NCBI RefSeq assembly: GCF_018350175.1
Contig: NC_058368.1
Coordinates: 124,001 to 188,000 of the forward strand
Source of the DNA: Felis catus
Taxonomy: Eukaryota
Reading direction: 5' to 3'
DNA: 64,000 bases
A program made the translations under genes and the position numbers. Positions 60,433 to 64,000 of the stretch are shown one piece after another. The notes beneath the pieces are model-generated. The model ran no database searches. It saw only the letters and a program-made list of their open reading frames with translations, and was not told the DNA's origin. Within the stretch, counting starts at the first letter, position 1; each line of letters opens with the position of its first letter.

Positions 60433-61488
60433 AAAGAGACATGCTAAACAGTAATGGTGATTGAAAGCCATGGAGAGGGCCAAGGGGTGGGGAAGAAGAG
60501 GAGAGAGAATGTATTCATTTTTCACTTTTAGGCATTGGTCCACCAGACTGGCTGCAGTGAACATCATGCCCACTTTCCCTTATTCTCCCTTATTATTTCC
60601 TTAGGGCACATTCCTAGAAGTGGAATTTCTGATCCAAGGAGATGCATAAGTGTAGTAAGCCTTTTGATATTTGCTACCAGAAAGTTTGTAGCAGGAGACC
60701 ATTTTTATCAGATTGGCAAAGATGAAAAAGTTTCAGTATGGTTCATACTGTGGGGAATTGAGTTTTGAATAGATGCAAAGCTTTAGGGGGAAATTTCATA
60801 ATTTCGACTTTGATCCAGTGGCCAGACCTGGGAATGTGCCTGACCTGCACACCATGTGCACAGTGGTCACCATACAACCATCTGCACCATTGTTTCTAGC
60901 ACAGGGAAACGGCCTAAGTGTCCATCAGTAGCACTAAATTTACATAAATTAGGATGCATCCACAGAGTGAAACACTGCAGCCACAGAAGAACACCTCAAG
61001 ATAGAGTGTTAAGTAAAAAGCATGGTGAAATGCCATATGTGATATGTTACGGATTTGCAAAATAAAGGGCAAGGGCCCTGTGCTGGTGTATGAACTGCAT
61101 GATCTCTAGGAGTAAACATTCAAATGGTGCCTTGCAGAAGGGAACCAGTGCACTGGGATCCAGGGAGGAGGGAGACTTTACTTCAGTGCTGTGAGTAGAC
61201 ATTTCATTTACTTCTTGACCACTTTTGTGAGCTCCCTTCTGGGTTCCCTGCCCACTTTTCTTTGGAGTGGAGGAGAGGCACTTTGATTTGTTCTGATTGG
61301 CTTCAGGAGTTTAAAGATGTTGGAAATACTTCTCTAAAACTGACACTTCTTTAAGTTGTAAAAGGAACACACCCTTATGTTTAAAAAAAAATACAGAAAT
61401 GCACAGTGAAAAATAAGCCACCTTCCTACTCCCCGTGACCCTAACAATCCAGCCGTATTCTCCAGAAACTATTGACTATTGACTTAAA

Positions 61489-61660
61489 ATATATATATGT
61501 TATTAATATATATAGATATATGTTATATATTATTAATATATAATATATATGTTATATAGATATATGTTATATATTATATAGATAGATATAGATGTTATAT
61601 ATATATATATAATCTACCGTCTATATACCTATATATCTATATATAGACATATATATCTAG
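61489..61660. repeat. (TA)n-rich low-complexity microsatellite
   Basis: Direct reading of the sequence. Confidence 0.9.
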
Positions 61661-64000
61661 GGATCATGCTGTGCACACCATTCTGAAACTTGGTGTCTTT
61701 CCCTTTAATAATCTCTTTAGGATACCTCTAGGTTATCAAAGATACCCAGTACACGTGAATCCACTTCCTATTTAATGGATGCACACTCAAGTGTTTCCTA
61801 TTTTTACTCTCAGAAATCTTGCTTCAAAACATCATTGAACATACTTCTGTGTACACTTACCTGAGTATATCTGATGAATAAATTCCTGCGAGTGGAATTT
61901 TGTCTTTAAAATGATCATAGATGCTGCTGAATTGTCCCCCAAGAGGCTGTCCCAGCCATTGTCAGTAGGTCTGTTTCTGTGTCCTTGCCAGTACTGAGTA
62001 CTATCAGACTTATCAACATAAGCCAAGCTCTAGATGCAAAATGATTTGTAGTTCTTTAATTATGACAGGTGTTGTGCATCTTGTCAAATACTATTGGGAA
62101 TTTGTATGTGTGTGTTCTCTGTGAGCTGTTTGCTCTCCTTCTCTATAGAAATGACTGTTCACCTCTGTATTGATTGTTTTAAATATTTACTTGTGCAAAA
62201 TTTCAAGCATAAGAGCAAGAGAGGACCATATGGTAGCCCCTCTCAATGTTGGCCAGTCTGGTTTCCTTTGTAGCCCCACCTACTCCCTATATCCACTCCA
62301 CTCATTTATTTTGAAACAAATCCTAGACACCATGTTATTTTATCCATGAATATTTCTGCATATATTTCTAAAAGATAACAAGAATAACAATACCATATTA
62401 TACCTAAAAAAACAATTATTCCAAATATATATTTTATATATTCCAAATATGTTATTTTAAACATCCAGTTACTGTTCAGTTTTCCCTGATTACAGTATGT
62501 TAGTTTGAACTAGGATCCACATTAGGTCCATTCGTTGCAAATGATTGACAAGTCATTTGTCATTCTTTTTTTAAACAGCTCTATTGAGATATAATTCACA
62601 CATCACACAGTTAACCCAAAGTATACAATTAAAAAATACAAACAATTAAGCTTCTTCTATTATCTTCACAGGGTTGTACAACCATCGCTCTAGTTTTAGA
62701 ACATTTTGTCTCTCCGACAAGGAACCCCATCCCCATAAGCTGTCACTCCCCATTCCCCTCCAACCATCCCTTCACCCTCAGCCCCTCGCAACCACTAATC
62801 TACTTTTGGTCCATAGACCTATTGTGGGTATTTCATATGAATGGAATCATACAACATGTGGTGTTTTTGTGACTGCCTTCTTTTATTTAGCAGTACACTG
62901 TCAAAGTTTACCCCTGTTGTCAGTACTCCATTTCTTTTTGGTGCTGAATAATGTTTGGTGCTGAATAATAATAATTTGGGTGGTTTCTACTTTGGAGCTA
63001 TTATGAATAGTGCCACCATAAATACTTGTGTATACATCTTAAGTCTCTAGTAACCTATAGGATTCCCTGTTTTTAATCTTTTCTTTGAAATATATTCAAT
63101 TATTCAATTAGGACACTGGTTTATTTGTCTTGTAGAGTTTCCACAGTCTGATCTTGTTCCTGCTGTGTCACTTAATATTTTCCTGTGCCTTTATATTTCC
63201 TTTGCATTAACATCTAGATCTAAAGGTTCGGTCAGATACAGGTTTAAATCTTGTTGGCAGGAATGCTTGTGCTCTTTTACCAGGAGGCTGATAACGTGTG
63301 TCTTTTTTTGATGTTAGCAGACATTAATATCATTGCCTAGCTTTATTAATTCACTAGAGATTTCAAACCTGGTGGCTATTTTTCAGTAAATATGAAATCT
63401 TTCTTGCATTATAATTTCAAGTTCATTTTTTGCTAGTATGTAGGGAAGTGATTTCTGTGTGCATAGGTGTGATATGTGTGTGTATTATATTTCAACCAGA
63501 TACTTTATTACACTTTCTTATAAGCCCTTTTGGTTTTTCATAAGATTTTCTAGAACATTCTAGCTGATTATGCCATATGCCATATGCCAGTTACAGCATT
63601 TTTGACAGACCCCTCCTTTTTTTCTACTTGCCAGAGTGCATCGGCTAGGAACACAAAACACCCAGCAACAGCAGCAGCAGCATGAGATGCCCCTGCCCTT
63701 GCTCTTGGTCACCTTACAGGAATCCTTCCAGAGATGTAATACTTACCCAGACATAGATGTACAATTAGCTTCTCTCTAGTTTTATAACCGAGTGGCAGAA
63801 GCCGGTGGAGACAGACCCATACCTCCCTTTGGTTGTGATGCCATGGGTTCTGCACTCAGCAACCAAAGAGCCCTTAGCTATGCAGGACCCCAGCCAGACT
63901 AAGATTAACAGAATGTGGCCAGTTGGTCTTTTCAAAATAAAGTGCCACATACAGAGGTGTGTGTGCACCAGGCTAAAATTGTGTATAGAAAGTGAACGCC

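Noticed and set aside
57200..64000. PTPN18 exons expected downstream of IMP4 by synteny
   Set aside because: No phosphatase-like coding sequence or CpG island is visible. The gene probably starts beyond the window.

Overview
Mammalian genomic DNA, almost certainly felid: young SINEC_Fc-type Can-SINEs and carnivore-type L1 are present. The right third holds a housekeeping block whose order matches human 2q21 as I recall it. It comprises an intact tRNA-Glu(TTC) gene (-), CCDC115/VMA22 (-, 5 coding exons, 180 aa) and IMP4 (+, 9 coding exons, 291 aa), with the two protein genes head-to-head on a shared ~0.8-kb promoter. The central ~35 kb (about 9.9-45 kb) has no recognisable gene and is built from layered, old, degenerate tandem repeats. 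These are a ~310-bp repeat with TTAGGG-like hexamers, a ~1-kb macrosatellite-like unit in two arrays each preceded by the same ~500-bp element, a ~110-bp satellite with apparent higher-order structure, and a 3.9-kb strand-biased TG-rich tract. A 6.5-kb decayed class I endogenous retrovirus sits inside the 1-kb array. It has a tRNA-Glu PBS, an AT-rich stuffer in place of most of pol, and a HERV-W/syncytin-1-like env with an in-frame deletion in the immunosuppressive domain. A decayed second tRNA-Glu copy, solo LTRs and many SINE/LINE fragments are also present. Repeat periods and identities were estimated by eye, and repeat-family names are from memory, not from a search.
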